A DNA stretch of 64,000 nt, from positions 1 through 64,000 of the forward strand of contig NIVC01003655.1 of NCBI GenBank assembly GCA_002269645.1. Direction: 5' to 3'. The stretch is from Macrostomum lignano (Eukaryota). The translations under genes were made by a program, and so were the position numbers. Below, piece after piece: positions 61,617-64,000 of this stretch. The notes beneath the pieces are model-generated. The model saw nothing but the letters and a program-made list of their open reading frames with translations. It did no database searches and had not been told where the DNA came from. The stretch's first letter is position 1. Each line of letters opens with the position of its first letter.

Positions 61617-63446
61617 TTATGGAAACCGAAAGAACAGTATGCAAGCAAATATTAAATTCAATTTAGTTTGAGCCACAAGCTTGTAAATACGCTGTTAAAA
61701 GGATTAGGGTTGAAGAGACGCGCCCTGGAGTGAATTCAGCACAATTTCCAGGTGTACAGCTATTTTAGCCAGGTATGGGCAGGTAAAAAAGCACTTATGA
61801 ACCAAAAGTGACTGAGAAAGAAGAGAAATATAAATCCTATCTAGTTTTAGTCTATTCATAGGTGCAGGATAGTCGCCATGTTCTTCCCTAAGCTTCTAGT
61901 CCTTCTTGTAGTACCCACCTGGTGCAAAAAATCACTGTACTAATTAGCACACCTGTACGCTATGCAGACAATGCGATATGATTTCAAGGATAGCTTTTTT
62001 GGACTTCTGTTAGGTCAAAGATTCATGGGAAATCAGTATTTTTCAGGGTATATTTCATTGACCAAACTCACTCTTCAGGAGAGGCGTACTGGAGACAAAA
62101 AGTAGAGAGCTCAACAAAGTTGTGCCCTTTTCACTGCAGCTTCAAATTGTATCAATACTACTCAACAGAAAAGTAGTGTCCTAGAAATTTCCAATCCAGA
62201 ATTCAACCCTGTCACAGTTTATTAGATAAGCAAACCATAAACTGGCCTGAAAAACATGAGGACTGCGAGACCAAGGATCCCTAAGGAGAACAGGACTTGT
62301 TTAGATGAATAAATAGAGTACACGATGGGTACATGTAATTTATGAATAGACGTATTGTAAAGTGCAGACAGACAGACAAAGACAATAGTTTAGGGCAAAT
62401 TATGGTAGGCAAAGGTGAAGGCAAGTCCTCCATGAGCTTGCGCGCATGAATCATGGCACCAAAAAAATCCGTCTACTGACAATAGTGAGTAGAGTAGCGC
62501 AAGTGTTATTCGTATATTTTATGCAATTGTCTGCACATCAAGTAAGTTTATGTTCAAGGTGGTTACTAAAAGCTACGAAGAGCTTAACAATAAATGCTTG
62601 TTATGAAATAGGTGAATTAAATATTTGATCGCAAGTTAGTGGCCTAGTGGCCGAGAGAAGGTATAGGCATTGTACATTGCAGAGCGGATGGTAAGACGTA
62701 CGTCTAAGGGGGTGCTGGATGGGTGGAATGTACATTTAGTGGCGAGGGGGGAGGGTAGACAGGAAAAACAGCCTATCAGTTTATAGCTAAAATAAAAGGC
62801 ATCAGTCCATCAGCGGGCCCAGCTCAGTGGTCATGCCGCAATCCCATGGAACAGAGTAGGCGAGGCTGAAGGCTGCTCGACTCGACGAAGGCCGTGTGAG
62901 TAGACGGCGGTCGAGAAACGGGAAGGTAGCTAGCTGTGAGTGAGCTGGGCCCCAATTTTTTGTTTGTTTTTTGCAATTATCCGTCATGATCATGATCATG
63001 AATGATATTAAGTTAAGTTGGCAAAGTTTTGAGTTTGAGTCTTACTCGCTTCGTGTCGACATGTATAGAAAGTTTATTTTAATATCAGAAAAGTATAAAA
63101 AGGGTAAATACAGAAGGTTAATGTACATGGGCTACATGGCCATGGGGCAGGTTTGATTTTTAATGCCTATTGCGGATTAATGCCGCTGGACATTTATAAG
63201 GACAATGTCAATCATGTATGTTTACGAATATACTCAATTTTTCATTGTTCTAGTAGTACGTTTCAAATAAAAATTAATTGATGAAAATTAACTTGTCGTC
63301 AGGCAGGGAGTAGTGATGATACTACTGAGTAGCAGCTCAGTAGTATCTTTGCAAAGTAACACATCATCTACGTATTTCTATAACTAATGAGTTGAAAATG
63401 AGTCCAAAAAGAGTTATTAAAATACAGCACGTGTGTTCTGCTATGC

Positions 63447-63520
63447 CAGGAGTCGGCGAACTCCGTCCCGAGGGCCACATGCGGCCCGCAAAGCCTCTCT
63501 ACCCGACCCGCTCAAGGTTT
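63447..63520 (+). mobile_element. hAT-type MITE 5' end fragment
   Basis: caggagtcggcgaac...cgagggccacatgcggcccg resembles common hAT (Charlie/Ac-like) termini. Confidence 0.5.
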
Positions 63521-63559
63521 GTGTCTCTCAGATCTCTTCCCTCTTCTCTCTTTATCTTC

Positions 63560-64000
63560 TCTCCTCCTCTCCTCTCTCCCCTCTCCTCTCTCCCCTCTCC
63601 TCTCCTCTCCTCTCCTCTCCTCTCCTCTCCTCTCCTCTCCTCTCCTCTCCTCTCCTCTCCTCTCCTCTCCTCTCCTCTCCTCTCCTCTCCTCTCCTCTCC
63701 TCTCCTCTCCTCTCCTCTCCTCTCCTCTCCTCTCCTCTCCTCTCCTCTCCTCTCCTCTCCTCTCCTCTCCTCTCCTCTCCTCTCCTCTCCTCTCCTCTCC
63801 TCTCCTCTCCTCTCCTCTCCTCTCCTCTCCTCTCCTCTCCTCTCCTCTCCTCTCCTCTCCTCTCCTCTCCTCTCCTCTCCTCTCCTCTCCTCTCCTCTCC
63901 TCTCCTCTCCTCTCCTCTCCTCTCCTCTCCTCTCCTCTCCTCTCCTCTCCTCTCCTCTCCTCTCCTCTCCTCTCCTCTCCTCTCCTCTCCTCTCCTCTCC
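63560..64000. repeat. (CTCTC)n pentanucleotide microsatellite running to the window end
   Basis: Pure ctctc repeats. Confidence 0.98.

Larger units (their letters stand above)
54676..62088 (-). mobile_element. Chapaev-like (CMC / Transib-RAG1-related) DNA transposon with long TIRs, carrying nested insertions
   Basis: 54686-55110 is a near-identical reverse complement of 61654-62078. The TIR match resumes at 58829-58908 versus 61380-61432 and 61617-61651. The left end begins CAC. A transposase pseudogene lies inside. Confidence 0.75.

Overview
This is repeat-dense animal genomic DNA. It has GT-AG introns, GC-rich exons and many unrelated 12-24 bp minisatellites, a style consistent with a free-living flatworm such as Macrostomum (inference only). 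Two spliced host genes could be rebuilt by hand on the + strand: an 8-exon PX-PH phospholipase D (27833-36879, ~1239 aa, both HKD motifs intact) and a 4-exon membrane-anchored WS/DGAT-family protein (44933-52056, ~872 aa) whose HHxxxDG motif is degenerate. The rest is mostly mobile DNA. It includes an intact 2011-aa OTU-Rep(HUH)-PIF1 Helitron ORF with a small spliced gene upstream, and a 6.2-kb non-autonomous Helentron-like (HINE/DINE-1-type) element carrying a 3.7-kb 51-bp satellite. There are also RTE-like and R1/LOA-like LINE relics, a mariner relic and two copies of a tRNA-headed SINE. At 54.7-62.1 kb lies a four-layer nest: a Chapaev-like TIR element, a TA-flanked IS630/Tc1-like element inserted in one of its TIRs, a Crypton tyrosine-recombinase cassette bounded by 78-bp direct repeats, and a hAT MITE with an 8-bp TSD. 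All calls come from manual reading and motif recognition; no database searches were run.
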